From Desulfobacterales bacterium (GTDB lineage: Bacteria > Desulfobacterota > Desulfobacteria > Desulfobacterales > UBA5852): 64,000 bases of DNA. A program made the position numbers and the translations under genes. The notes beneath the pieces are model-generated. The model saw only the letters and a program-made list of their open reading frames with translations, was not told the DNA's origin and ran no database searches. Positions within the stretch are counted from its first letter, which is position 1, and each line of letters starts with the position of its first letter. Location of the stretch: NCBI GenBank assembly GCA_963674755.2, contig CAXXVS010000002.1, positions 192,001-256,000 on the forward strand, in the 5' to 3' direction. Below are positions 26,053 through 36,151 of the stretch, piece by piece.

Positions 26053-27246
26053 ATGCTGATTCTTCATCGCTATATTTTGAGAAGTTTGATTCCGCCCCTG
26101 CTGGTCAATCTGCTCTTTCTTACCTCGATTTTTCTGATGACCAGGATGCTCCAGATCACCAACCTGATTGTTAACTACAATGTCAGCCTGGCCAGCATCG
26201 GCCTCATCCTGCTCTTTTCCATTCCCCATTTTCTGGTTTTCGTTCTGCCCATGTCCGTCATGCTGGGTATTTTACTGACCCTGATGCGAATGTCTGCGGA
26301 CAATGAAATTATCGCCCTGAAATCCGGCGGCGTCAGCCTCTATCGGTTGCTGCCGCCCATTTTCATACTTGCCATGACCGGTTTTCTGGCAACGCTTTTC
26401 ATGACGGTGTATGGCATGCCGCAAAGCAAAGCGGCCATCGCCCGGATGACCTACGCCATGTTGGCATCGAATACCGACGTCGGGCTCAAGGCGCGCACCT
26501 TCAATACCCGTTTCAAAGGGGTCACGCTTTATGTCAATGAGGTGGACCTCCATGACCGGACGATGAAGGATGTTTTTATTGAAGATCGCCGCAATCCTAA
26601 AGCCGTCAGTACGATCGTGGCACCCCGAGGGCGTTTTATCAAGGATGCCAAAGGGCGCTCCGTTCGGCTGCGCCTGTTCAACGGCATGATCAACCAGATT
26701 TCAAGAGAGAAGCGGACGGCCAATACGATTTACTTTTCGACGTATGATATCAATCTCGACCTGCGGCAACTTACCCGTGGGAAGGACATGGCCGAAAAGG
26801 ATGTGGATGCGATGGGGCTTGCGGAGTTGCTCCGGCATGTTCAATCCGTCCGAATGTCGCCCGAAGATTATCACAAAGCCTTGATCACCCTGCATGAAAA
26901 ATTTTCCATCCCGGCGGCGTGCCTGGCATTGGCCGTCCTGGCGATTCCTTTGGGCATCGAGCTGAAATCCTCCCGGCGTTCGGCCGGGTTGGGGATGGGG
27001 TTGTTCATTTTTATCGTCTACTATGTCTTGATGACGGCGGGGCGCGTATTGGGGGAAATTGGTATCATTCCCCCCGCCATAGGCCTTTGGGCACCGAATG
27101 TGATTGTCGGTGCCGGGGGCGTGGTCATGTTGATCCGCGCTGCCAATGAAAAGCCCACGTATCTCATCCCGTTCATCCGGTCTCTGGGAAGCTGGATCCG
27201 GCAGCATGCCACGGTGTGGCTGCGTCGACTGGCGCGTCGGAGATGA
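26053..27246 (+). CDS. lptF: LPS export permease LptF
   Basis: RYI.R, LPMS...ILL..RMSADNEIIALKSGG; tandem with lptG. Confidence 0.9.
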   Translation: MLILHRYILRSLIPPLLVNLLFLTSIFLMTRMLQITNLIVNYNVSLASIGLILLFSIPHFLVFVLPMSVMLGILLTLMRMSADNEIIALKSGGVSLYRLLPPIFILAMTGFLATLFMTVYGMPQSKAAIARMTYAMLASNTDVGLKARTFNTRFKGVTLYVNEVDLHDRTMKDVFIEDRRNPKAVSTIVAPRGRFIKDAKGRSVRLRLFNGMINQISREKRTANTIYFSTYDINLDLRQLTRGKDMAEKDVDAMGLAELLRHVQSVRMSPEDYHKALITLHEKFSIPAACLALAVLAIPLGIELKSSRRSAGLGMGLFIFIVYYVLMTAGRVLGEIGIIPPAIGLWAPNVIVGAGGVVMLIRAANEKPTYLIPFIRSLGSWIRQHATVWLRRLARRR

Positions 27247-27286
27247 AGCGGCGCAGATGCCGCGCGGAAGGCCGAAAGTCCATACG

Positions 27287-28354
27287 ATGACGATCCTGGA
27301 TCGCTATATTGCCCGGCAAATCCTGCGCTTTTTCGGCGCGACCCTGGCGCTGGTCTCAGTGATCTACGTCATCGCCGATTTTTTCGAAAAAGTGAACAAA
27401 TTGATCGAGTCCGGCCTGCCTTTCCAGAAAGCGGCTTTTTATTTTCTGACCCACATTCCCATCGAGCAGCTCATCCCGGCCAGCACCCTGCTGTCCGTAA
27501 TGCTCGTCTTCGGTTTGATGAACAAGCACAACGAGATTATCGCCCTCAAGGCGGGGGGCGTCAGCATCTACCGTCTGCTGAAAGTCCCCTTTATCCTGGG
27601 GATGATTTTCAGCCTGGTGCTGTTGATCCTTTCGGAAATGCTGCTGCCCGTCTTAAGATCCGATGCCAACCGTATGTGGATGGAGCAGGTGAAAAAGCTA
27701 TGGGTGGAATACCAACAACGCAATATCTGGTTGAAAGGCCATCATGCGATTTATCACATTGCCCATTTCGAACCCGCCCACAACCGCATGATCGATGTCA
27801 GCCTGACTTTTTTTGATGACGATTTCAGGATGATGCGCCGTATCGATGCCCGTGAGGGCGACTATATCGAACATCATTGGGTGCTGCATGACGTCATGGA
27901 GCAGGAGCGTAATTCGGAGGACGGGTCTTTTCGCGTCGAGCATCTCGACCAGCTGACGCTGGAACTTGATTTCACCCCCGCGGAATTGCGGCGGGTGATC
28001 AAAGAATCCGATGAAATGAGCCTGCTGGAGTTGGGGGATTATATTCGCACCACGGAGGCGGAAGGCTATGATGCCACCTCGTATCGGGTGGACTGGCATG
28101 CCAAACTGGCTTACCCACTGGTTTGCATTATCCTGTCTGTCATTGGGGTCACCATCGCCGGCCGGGGACGCCGTGACGAAAACCTTGCCATTGTGGTGGT
28201 CACCGGTATTGGTTTGGCCTTCTGCTTCTGGGTGCTGCAAGGCTTTAGTTTCTCTTTGGGGTATGCCGGCATGCTGCCGCCGGTGGTGGCGGCCTGGCTG
28301 CCCGATACGATTTTTTCCTTCGTGGCGGCCGCTTTGCTGCTGAGAGCCGAATAG
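27287..28354 (+). CDS. lptG: LPS export permease LptG
   Basis: MTILDRYI, NEIIALKAGGVS, PPVVAAWLP. Confidence 0.9.
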   Translation: MTILDRYIARQILRFFGATLALVSVIYVIADFFEKVNKLIESGLPFQKAAFYFLTHIPIEQLIPASTLLSVMLVFGLMNKHNEIIALKAGGVSIYRLLKVPFILGMIFSLVLLILSEMLLPVLRSDANRMWMEQVKKLWVEYQQRNIWLKGHHAIYHIAHFEPAHNRMIDVSLTFFDDDFRMMRRIDAREGDYIEHHWVLHDVMEQERNSEDGSFRVEHLDQLTLELDFTPAELRRVIKESDEMSLLELGDYIRTTEAEGYDATSYRVDWHAKLAYPLVCIILSVIGVTIAGRGRRDENLAIVVVTGIGLAFCFWVLQGFSFSLGYAGMLPPVVAAWLPDTIFSFVAAALLLRAE

Positions 28355-28369
28355 GGGAAAGGGAGTAGC

Positions 28370-29551
28370 GTGGACCGCGATTGCCAGTGCCTCAATCGCT
28401 TGAAGGCCGCCGTCGAGGCGGTCATGTTCGGTTCCCCGGACGTCCATCGCGGCCTGGCCGCCTTGCTGCAAGGTACCGCACTTCTTTATGGTGCGGCGAT
28501 GCGGTTCCGGGCCCGCCTGTATACGAATGGCTGCCTTGCCGCGCATCGGCTGCCCTGCAAAGTGGTATCGGTGGGGAACATCACCTTGGGGGGGACCGGC
28601 AAAACCCCGGCAAGCCTTTATATGGCACGGCTGATCCACGAAGCCGGCTTGCGGGTGGCGGTCGTCAGCCGTGGATACAAAGGGCGGGCGGAACATCAGG
28701 GCGGGATCGTCAGCGACGGGCATACCTTGCGGATGACTCCCGCTGACGCCGGCGATGAACCCTATTTGATGGCCCGGCATCTGTTACCCCTCGGGATACC
28801 GGTTATCGTGGGATCCGATCGCGTCCGCTCGGGACGTCTGGCGGTGGAGCGTTTTTCGACCGAAGTCCTTGTGCTTGATGACGGGTTCCAGCACATGCGA
28901 CTGAGGCGCGATCTCAACCTGGTATTGTTGGACGCCGGGCAACCCTTCGGCAACGGCCATCTGCTGCCCCGGGGGGCTTTAAGGGAGCCCCTGTCCGCCC
29001 TGGCGCGAGCCGATGCCTGCCTGTTGACACGCTGTCCGCCGACCTTTGTCGCGCGAATTCCCGACGATGGCGACGGAAGGGATGGGGCTCATTTGCCCCG
29101 CGACCGCCGGCATCCGGTTTTTCCGGCAACCCATGCGCCCTTTGCGGTGGAATGGATCGCCGACGGGCAGACCAATCCGCAGCAGAGGCTGCCGTCCCTG
29201 GATGACATGGCATCCTGTCCGGTTTTCGCTTTTTCGGGCATTGCCCGCAACGATGATTTTCAGGCTTCCCTGCGTGAGCTGGGATTCGATCTAAGGGGAT
29301 GGCGGGCGTTTGGGGATCACCACTTTTATTTCCGGGAGGATTTGAGCGCTATCGAATCCCTCGCCGTTCGGCAGGGCGCGGAGCTGATGGTCACGACGGA
29401 AAAAGACCGCGTCAAGATCGATGCGGCCTGGATCCGGCGCATGCCCCTGCTCGTGGTGGGCGTCCGAATCGACCTCGGTGCCCATGCTGCAGATTTCCGG
29501 CGGTTTGTGCTCGGCAAACTTGGGCCGGCGAGCCAATCCGGGGAGACCTGA
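28370..29551 (+). CDS. lpxK: Tetraacyldisaccharide 4'-kinase
   Basis: SVGNITLGGTGKTP, SRGY, GDEP, LDDGFQH, LLPRGALRE, DHH, TTEKD. Confidence 0.95.
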   Translation: MDRDCQCLNRLKAAVEAVMFGSPDVHRGLAALLQGTALLYGAAMRFRARLYTNGCLAAHRLPCKVVSVGNITLGGTGKTPASLYMARLIHEAGLRVAVVSRGYKGRAEHQGGIVSDGHTLRMTPADAGDEPYLMARHLLPLGIPVIVGSDRVRSGRLAVERFSTEVLVLDDGFQHMRLRRDLNLVLLDAGQPFGNGHLLPRGALREPLSALARADACLLTRCPPTFVARIPDDGDGRDGAHLPRDRRHPVFPATHAPFAVEWIADGQTNPQQRLPSLDDMASCPVFAFSGIARNDDFQASLRELGFDLRGWRAFGDHHFYFREDLSAIESLAVRQGAELMVTTEKDRVKIDAAWIRRMPLLVVGVRIDLGAHAADFRRFVLGKLGPASQSGET

Positions 29552-29754
29552 AACGGGTCGCAAGACCCGTTGCCCTTGCATTGCGGACCTGGATTGCTTA
29601 GAGAAAAACACGCCGGCCTGCCCCAGTCCCATGCGAACAAGAGGAACATGGCAGAAGGGCCAACCCTGGCAGGCGACGGCGTATGAGGGGGCCGCTTGCG
29701 GTGCCAGCGGATGCGCAACCGATTCCGGCCCCCAAACGAGAGAGAAGGATAACC

Positions 29755-31482
29755 ATGATCGTACTCGGATTATCAGGATCCCTGACCCATGACCCTTCGG
29801 CCGCGCTTTTCGTGGACGGCCGTCTTGTGGCCGCGGCGGAGGAAGAGCGCTTTCTGCGCGACAAACACGCCAAACGCCAATGGCCTTACCATTCCGCCCG
29901 CTATTGCCTCGAGGCGGCCGGCGTCGCGCCGCACGCTATCGACGCGGTGGCCTTTCCCTTTGCGCCCTTCGGTTTCACCTATCCCGGGCGCTGGCATTTT
30001 GCCCGACGCTATTGGTACGCGCCCGATCGGGCCCTGAACGCCCTGTTCAACGGCAACCGGCTTTTCCGTCGCAACCGCAAAGCCATCCTGAATCTGATGC
30101 GTCAGCTCGCCATCGATCCTGACCGGACCCCCTTCGTGCCGGTGGCCCATCATCTCACCCATGCCAGCAGTGCCTATCATCTCAGCGGGTTTGAAGGCAA
30201 AACGGCCATTTTAGGAATCGACGGCAAGGGGGAATATGCCACAACCTTTTTCGGCTATGGTGAAAAGGGCCGCATTCATTGCCTCAAGGAATTTTACGAT
30301 CCCGATTCCCTGGGGGGGGTCTACGGCGCCATGACTCAGTATCTGGGCTTCGAAATGCTGGATGGGGAATTCAAGGTCATGGGCATGGCCCCTTACGGCG
30401 ACCCGGGAAAATACGATTTGGGACGGCTGATTCAAAGCGACGGCCGATCTTTCAGTGTCGATACCCGGCTGGTCAATACCGTCGGGCTGCGGCGCTATAA
30501 GCAGGACGGTTTGGGGTTCTACTTCAGCCCCAAACTCGTGGCATGGCTCGGTCCCAAACGGGAGGGCGACGAAATCGACGATCCCTATGTGGACTACGCC
30601 GCCAGCATGCAGAAGCTGCTGGAGGACGTGTCCCTGGAACTCATCGAGACCTATCTCGGGGATATCCTGCGGGAGACCGGCCGCCTGTGTTTCGCGGGCG
30701 GGGTGGCCTTGAACGTCAAGTTGAACCAGCGCATCATCGATCTGCCGTATGTGAAGGAGCTTTTCGTTCAGCCGGCGGCCAGCGATGCCGGCACGGCGGT
30801 GGGTGCGGCTTCCTATGTCGCCCATCAGATGGGGGATGCCATCCACAAGCAGGAGCACGTCTATCTGGGTCCCGCTTTTTCCACGGACGACTGCCGCCGG
30901 GCCTGCGAAGCGCATCCGGAAAGCCCCCTCTTCGAACAGGTCGAAGACGCGCCCCGGGCGGCGGCCGGTTTGCTGGCCGATGGGCATCCCGTGGCCTGGT
31001 TTCAGGGGCGCATGGAATTCGGCCCGCGTGCTTTGGGCAACCGCAGCATCCTGGGGGATCCCAGCCGGGCGGGTATCGCCGACCGCATCAACGCCCAGAT
31101 CAAGTACCGCGAGCGCTGGCGACCCTTCTGCCCCAGCATCCTGGACCGGGCGGCTGAAGATATTCTGCAGACCCGCCACCCGGCGCCTTACATGACCTTT
31201 GCCTTCACAGTGGCTGACCATTGGAAAAAGCGCATTCCGGAAGTGGTCCATATGGACGGTACCGCCCGCGCCCAGGTGGTGACCCGGGCCACCAACCCCC
31301 GCTACTACGCCCTGATCGAAGCATTGGAGGAGCTGCGCGGCGTTCCGGTGGTGCTCAACACATCCCTCAATCGACGGGGCGAACCCATCGTATGCACCCC
31401 CACCGATGCCCTGAACATGTTCTACGGATCCGATCTGCAATTTCTCTTTCTGGAGGATCTCCTGGTACGCAAGCGACCGTGA
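29755..31482 (+). CDS. O-carbamoyltransferase (NodU/CmcH family), similar to the Pseudomonas LPS-core carbamoyltransferase
   Basis: [66 protein letters not shown]-cluster context. Confidence 0.9.
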   Translation: MIVLGLSGSLTHDPSAALFVDGRLVAAAEEERFLRDKHAKRQWPYHSARYCLEAAGVAPHAIDAVAFPFAPFGFTYPGRWHFARRYWYAPDRALNALFNGNRLFRRNRKAILNLMRQLAIDPDRTPFVPVAHHLTHASSAYHLSGFEGKTAILGIDGKGEYATTFFGYGEKGRIHCLKEFYDPDSLGGVYGAMTQYLGFEMLDGEFKVMGMAPYGDPGKYDLGRLIQSDGRSFSVDTRLVNTVGLRRYKQDGLGFYFSPKLVAWLGPKREGDEIDDPYVDYAASMQKLLEDVSLELIETYLGDILRETGRLCFAGGVALNVKLNQRIIDLPYVKELFVQPAASDAGTAVGAASYVAHQMGDAIHKQEHVYLGPAFSTDDCRRACEAHPESPLFEQVEDAPRAAAGLLADGHPVAWFQGRMEFGPRALGNRSILGDPSRAGIADRINAQIKYRERWRPFCPSILDRAAEDILQTRHPAPYMTFAFTVADHWKKRIPEVVHMDGTARAQVVTRATNPRYYALIEALEELRGVPVVLNTSLNRRGEPIVCTPTDALNMFYGSDLQFLFLEDLLVRKRP

Positions 31483-31506
31483 ATCCGACCGCCTTCCGCC
31501 TTTTGC

Positions 31507-32571
31507 TCAGAACGAGCGGCCGGCGGCCAGCGCCTGGCCCAGCTTGGCCATGACCATGGCGGGGGTAATGGCGGCCATGCAGGTGGTGTTCTTGCGGGGG
31601 CAGACCTTGCGGTAGCATCCCAGGCAGTCCCCGTCGGAGCGCACGACCAGGTCACGGCAGCGGTAGGGGGCCACCCGGTCCGGATCGGTGGGACCGAAAA
31701 GGGCCACATAGGGCGTTCCCACGGCGGCGGATATGTGCCCCGGGCCGGAGTCCGGACCGGCGGCGGCGACGGCCTGGCGCAGAATGGCGACCAATTCCGT
31801 CAGGGACGTTTTTCCGGTAAGATTCAGCAACCGATCCGATTCGAAGGCAGCTGTGAGATGCCCGGCCGGGCCGGTTTGCGACCTGTCGCCCACCAGGATC
31901 ACACCATATTCCCCGCGCGCCAGGATGGCTTGGGTGAGCCCCCGATAGCCCTCATAGGTCCAGTCCTTGGATATCCAGGAAGACCCCATGACGATGACGA
32001 TGTAAGGCGCCGGCCGGCGCAACCGCAACCCGTTCGGCGGATCATCGTCACCGACGGAAGACAAGCCGAAGTCGGGGCGATCGGAAAGCGACCCTCCCAG
32101 ATAGGAGATGAATTGGAGATAATGCTCCAGTTTGGGGCGCTGCGGGCTGAAATAGGGGAGATGATGGTTGTTGAACAGCCAGTTGAATTCCTTGGCGTTG
32201 CGGGGATGGACGCCGATGCGCTGGGGGGCACCGGAAAGCAGGGAAAAGAGGCCGCTTTTGAAATGGCGTTGCATATCCAGGGTGATATCGAAGCGGCGTG
32301 CGCTCAAAGCGTGCCTGAGATCCATAACGGCCGCTGCTTTGCGGGGACGGTCGAAAACAATGACCTCATCGATCAGCGGGTGGCGGTCCACGAGGGGCTT
32401 CCAGCGGGGTTCCACAAGCCAGGTGACGGTGGCCGCGGGCCAGTTGTGTTTGATTTCACCGGGAAGGCAAAGCCCCCGCACCAGGTCTCCCAGGGCGCCC
32501 ATCAGGACAACCAGAATGGCGCTGTTGCGGGAAATCGGTGGGGGCGATGTTTGCTGTCGGATGTCGCTCAT
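31507..32571 (-). CDS. GT9 LPS heptosyltransferase (WaaC/OpsX-like)
   Basis: MGALGDL, TWLVE, DMQRHFKS, GKTSL.EL, DSGPGHIS, LFGPT. Confidence 0.88.
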   Translation of the reverse strand: MSDIRQQTSPPPISRNSAILVVLMGALGDLVRGLCLPGEIKHNWPAATVTWLVEPRWKPLVDRHPLIDEVIVFDRPRKAAAVMDLRHALSARRFDITLDMQRHFKSGLFSLLSGAPQRIGVHPRNAKEFNWLFNNHHLPYFSPQRPKLEHYLQFISYLGGSLSDRPDFGLSSVGDDDPPNGLRLRRPAPYIVIVMGSSWISKDWTYEGYRGLTQAILARGEYGVILVGDRSQTGPAGHLTAAFESDRLLNLTGKTSLTELVAILRQAVAAAGPDSGPGHISAAVGTPYVALFGPTDPDRVAPYRCRDLVVRSDGDCLGCYRKVCPRKNTTCMAAITPAMVMAKLGQALAAGRSF

Positions 32572-32643
32572 GGGCCAAACGTTTCTAACTAACAGCGGTC
32601 GCTCACGGCCGGCCGGCTACCGGACACGGCCGCGTTCGGGTGT

Positions 32644-33330
32644 TCATGGACCGGCGGCCAGGGTCATGATCTGTGCCAATTCAGCCGGCAGGCCATGTTT
32701 GACGATGGCTCGTTCCCAGCGTTGGCGATAGCGTTTCTTCAGCCGGCGCCGGTTGTTGGTATAACACGCTTTGTCGAAGTCGATGATATGGGGCTCGTTC
32801 TTCCTGTCCACTAAGACATTGCCCGGATGCAGATCAGGGTGCCAGATGCCATGCGTCATCAAGATCCGGATCTGGTCCGCGACCTGGATGCGCAACCCAT
32901 TATCCAGCCTGCCATATTGCACGGTTTGGATCAAGGAGCAGTGTTCCGCCAGGGCCTCCATGATCAGCCAGCATTGCCCGCTGACCCGGCCCCGGATCGC
33001 AAACGCGATGGGCTTTGGCGCGGCAATCCCGATCCGGCGGACGGTTTCCAGCCAGCGGAATTCCCGTTCGCTCCGGCTCCGGGGCCAGTGGATATAACGA
33101 TTCCGGTTGAAGTGCCGGATCATCCCCCCCCGGGCAAATTGTTTCACCGCCACCGATCCGATGTCCTCCACCGCCACGATGGTAACGACCTGGCGGCCGG
33201 CCAGGACACCCTGAGCCTGCGCCGGCCGCTGGTCGAAGACCGTTTGCAATTGCTGAAGCTGTCGGGGGGTGAGAGGCCGACAGGCTTCCAGACGGATCCC
33301 GTGATCATCGTGGCGGTGCAAAGCGCTCAT
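32644..33330 (-). CDS. kdkA: Kdo kinase-like LPS kinase (KdkA family)
   Basis: GR..V, K.F.RGG...HFNR.RY, RS.REF, P.P, HPDLHPGNVL, IIDFDK; in the waaA operon. Confidence 0.7.
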   Translation of the reverse strand: MSALHRHDDHGIRLEACRPLTPRQLQQLQTVFDQRPAQAQGVLAGRQVVTIVAVEDIGSVAVKQFARGGMIRHFNRNRYIHWPRSRSEREFRWLETVRRIGIAAPKPIAFAIRGRVSGQCWLIMEALAEHCSLIQTVQYGRLDNGLRIQVADQIRILMTHGIWHPDLHPGNVLVDRKNEPHIIDFDKACYTNNRRRLKKRYRQRWERAIVKHGLPAELAQIMTLAAGP

Positions 33331-34340
33331 GGCAGCTCCAAAACCCTTTTGGCCGCGGCGATCACCTCTTCGGGCCGCACTTCCTCCATGCAGGCCCGGG
33401 TCCCCGTGGGGCAGGTTTGGCCTCCGTGGCGGGCGCAGGGTTTGCAGGGCAGGTCCTTTTTTTCCACGGCCATGGCCCGTGGGTTGTGCCAGGGACCGAA
33501 GCCGAAGGAAGGGCTGGTGGCGCAGAAAACCGCGACGCAGGGAATGGCAAAGGCCGATGCCATATGGAGGGCCATACTGTCGTTGCAGATCATGAGGCGG
33601 GCCTTGTGGACGATAGCCAGGGCATCTCCCAGCGATGTCCGGCCGGCCAGATCGAGGACGTCCATCTGGTCAGCCACCCGACGATTGACCTCACGGTCGT
33701 CCGGCCCGCCCAGCAGGGCCACCGCGTATCCCTGGTTTAGGAAATGGGCCGCCACCGTCCGAAAGTGCTGCCAAGACCACATTTTGGTGGGCCAGGCACT
33801 GCCCGGAACAAGCAGTGCGAGGGGCCGCTCCTCAGCCAGCAGCTGTCTGGCGGCAGGCCCGAGCCTCGCGTAAGGCGGCGGGAAGAGCCTCAGCCGGGTG
33901 TCGAAGCTGTTCAGCGGGGCTTCGCCGGTCAGGAGACTCAGGTTGCGCAGGACATCATGGTCAGTTGGCCTGCGGGTCTGCCGGCTGTGGAAGATAAAGG
34001 GCAACTTGGCATTCTGAAAGCCCGTGCGATGGGGGATGCCGCTGACAAGCAGGGTCAGGGCGGTCCGGTAGGATCGCTGCAGGGCATAGGCCCGGTCAAA
34101 GCGTCTGCGGCGCAGATCCAGACCGGTGCGGATGAGACCTGAGAGGCCGGCCGCCTGCCGGCGCTTGTCAAAGGCCAGGACGCCTTTCAGGAGAGGGTCG
34201 TGCTGCACGAGGCCGGTGCCGGCCGGGGTGGTCATCATCCAGAGCTCCGCCTCGGGGTAGAGCCGGTGGACGCCGGCAACGACCGGTGTCGACAGGATGG
34301 TATCTCCCAAATAGCTGGTTTGTAGGATCAATATGCGCAT
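33327..34340 (-). CDS. waaF: GT9 LPS heptosyltransferase (WaaF-like)
   Basis: MRILILQTSYLGD.IL, PGSAWPTK.W, NDS.ALH.A; start ATG 34340. Confidence 0.8.
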   Translation of the reverse strand: MRILILQTSYLGDTILSTPVVAGVHRLYPEAELWMMTTPAGTGLVQHDPLLKGVLAFDKRRQAAGLSGLIRTGLDLRRRRFDRAYALQRSYRTALTLLVSGIPHRTGFQNAKLPFIFHSRQTRRPTDHDVLRNLSLLTGEAPLNSFDTRLRLFPPPYARLGPAARQLLAEERPLALLVPGSAWPTKMWSWQHFRTVAAHFLNQGYAVALLGGPDDREVNRRVADQMDVLDLAGRTSLGDALAIVHKARLMICNDSMALHMASAFAIPCVAVFCATSPSFGFGPWHNPRAMAVEKKDLPCKPCARHGGQTCPTGTRACMEEVRPEEVIAAAKRVLELP

Positions 34341-34357
34341 GGGGTCTCCGGTGACGG

Positions 34358-35692
34358 TCAGCCGTTGCGGCAGCGGTGGCGCTGGTTGGGCGGTACCATC
34401 GGTCGCTGCCGGGCCAAAAGCGCCGCGATGGCGGCGGCTGAGCGGGCTGTGCCGCCCTGGTGATTCCGGAGATAGGCGTCGAAAGCTTCCCTTACCGCTT
34501 CCCGCGGTAGGGGCGATGCTACGATCTCGAGAAGGATTTCGGCGGCGTTGCGCCAATCTGCCGCTACCCGCACGAGACCATTGGCAAAAAGGTCCTCGCC
34601 GACCCAGTCAAACGTCTCCCATGAAGGGCCGATGACGGGAACAAGCCCGCAGGGCAATGGCTCCAGGAAATTTTGGCCGCCCAGAGGCGCAAGGCTGCCC
34701 CCCACGAAAGCGCCGCAGGCGGCGGCGTAGGCCTGGGACAATTCTCCGAAGACATCCCACAGGATGACGCTCCCCGGAGGGGCGGTAGCGGTTGTTCGGG
34801 ACCGCAGCTGGCAGGGGATGCCCCCGGATGCGAGGCGCGTCAGCCACGGCCCGATACGGTGCATATGGCGCGGGAAAAGGCCGATGATCAGCTCCGGTCG
34901 ATGAGCGCGCAGATGGCCGATCATCCGGCTGACGGCCTCTTCCTCCTCGCGGCGCACGGACCCCAGCACCACCAGGGCACTATCGGGCGGAATCAATTGT
35001 GCTACCAGATTGGCAGGGTCGCTTTGCAGACCGGCGCGCAGGCGGTCGAACTTCATATTGGGTACAACAGATACGCCCTCCGGGCTGTACAGGCCGGCAT
35101 AGCGGTTGGCATCGGCGGGGCTGACAGCCAGAATGCGCTCGGGCGCCAGGGCGCGCCAGAGATCGGGCCAGACCCGATAATGCCGCAGGCTCCTGGCACG
35201 CATGCGGCCATTCACAATGATGCAGGGAATCCGGCTGCATTTAAGGGTCTTCAACAAGCCCGGCCAGATCTCCGTTTCAAGCAGGACCACGAGGCGCGGC
35301 TGGATGGCGCCGACGGCGGCAGCCATCAGAGAAGGGCGGTCGAATGGGAAATAGGCCGACACGCAACGCGTACCCGTGGGGCCCCCAGGACGGTTGGCGA
35401 TGCCGGCCTCGATGATGTCCTTGCCCTGGCGGGTATTGGTGGTTATCAGGATACGATGGTCGCCGGTTGCCGCCAGATGGTCGAGCAGCATACACGCCAG
35501 GTAGGATTCGCCGGCGGAGGCCGCCTGAATCCAGATGTCGAAGGGTCCCTCCGGGAAAGGCTTTCCGATGCGTTGCGGCAATCCTTCCTTGAGGCGCTGA
35601 TTGCGGCTGAGGAGCGGGATGGCCGCTTGCCAGAGCCATTCATATAATACCAGGGCCGCTTTCACGGACCATGTGAAATCTACCGTTGCCAT
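34358..35692 (-). CDS. waaA: Kdo transferase
   Basis: W.QAASAGE, FPFD, ETEIWP, NGR, NMKFD, PRH, GEL...Y, FVGGSL...GGQNFLEP. Confidence 0.93.
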   Translation of the reverse strand: MATVDFTWSVKAALVLYEWLWQAAIPLLSRNQRLKEGLPQRIGKPFPEGPFDIWIQAASAGESYLACMLLDHLAATGDHRILITTNTRQGKDIIEAGIANRPGGPTGTRCVSAYFPFDRPSLMAAAVGAIQPRLVVLLETEIWPGLLKTLKCSRIPCIIVNGRMRARSLRHYRVWPDLWRALAPERILAVSPADANRYAGLYSPEGVSVVPNMKFDRLRAGLQSDPANLVAQLIPPDSALVVLGSVRREEEEAVSRMIGHLRAHRPELIIGLFPRHMHRIGPWLTRLASGGIPCQLRSRTTATAPPGSVILWDVFGELSQAYAAACGAFVGGSLAPLGGQNFLEPLPCGLVPVIGPSWETFDWVGEDLFANGLVRVAADWRNAAEILLEIVASPLPREAVREAFDAYLRNHQGGTARSAAAIAALLARQRPMVPPNQRHRCRNG

Positions 35693-35720
35693 CTTTCCGG
35701 AACCATCAGTGAAGGTGACC

Positions 35721-35869
35721 TAACAGGCCGTGGATAAACGGCGTCTAAGGCCGAAATGCGGCGTTGCCGACCTCGCGAAACGGCGCTACAACCCTGATGG
35801 TTGCTGCGCTTTTCGCATCGGCCGGGGCCTTGCCTTTCGGCCTAATTCTTGTTTATTCACGGCCTGCTA
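35721..35869. repeat. ~150-bp palindromic MITE/REP-like element
   Basis: taacaggccgtggataaac (35721-35739) matches the reverse complement of gtttattcacggcctgcta (35851-35869) at 17/19; nested pairs aggccgaaa/tttcggcct, gcgaaa/tttcgc, caacc/ggttg; TA at both ends. Confidence 0.7.
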
Positions 35870-36151
35870 AACATTATGGCATGCCGCCTGCCCCCTGGGG
35901 CGGTATTGAAACGGCGATCCTATTTTAACCGCCGTGGCCTGTCAAATTAAAAGGCCATCACGGTTGCCGGCAACCCGCTGAACCCGTGGGGTCTTTGTTG
36001 AAGGTGGAAGGGTTTTGTGCTATGCACGATTGATTTAATTGTGTAGTGATTAAAGGGGCGTCGCTCGGCATCCGGCGCCCCATGCGAGCTCCGGTTGGCA
36101 CCCCGTCGTCCACGGGACGGGATAGCGGACAACCGGCAGGAAAGGAACTTC

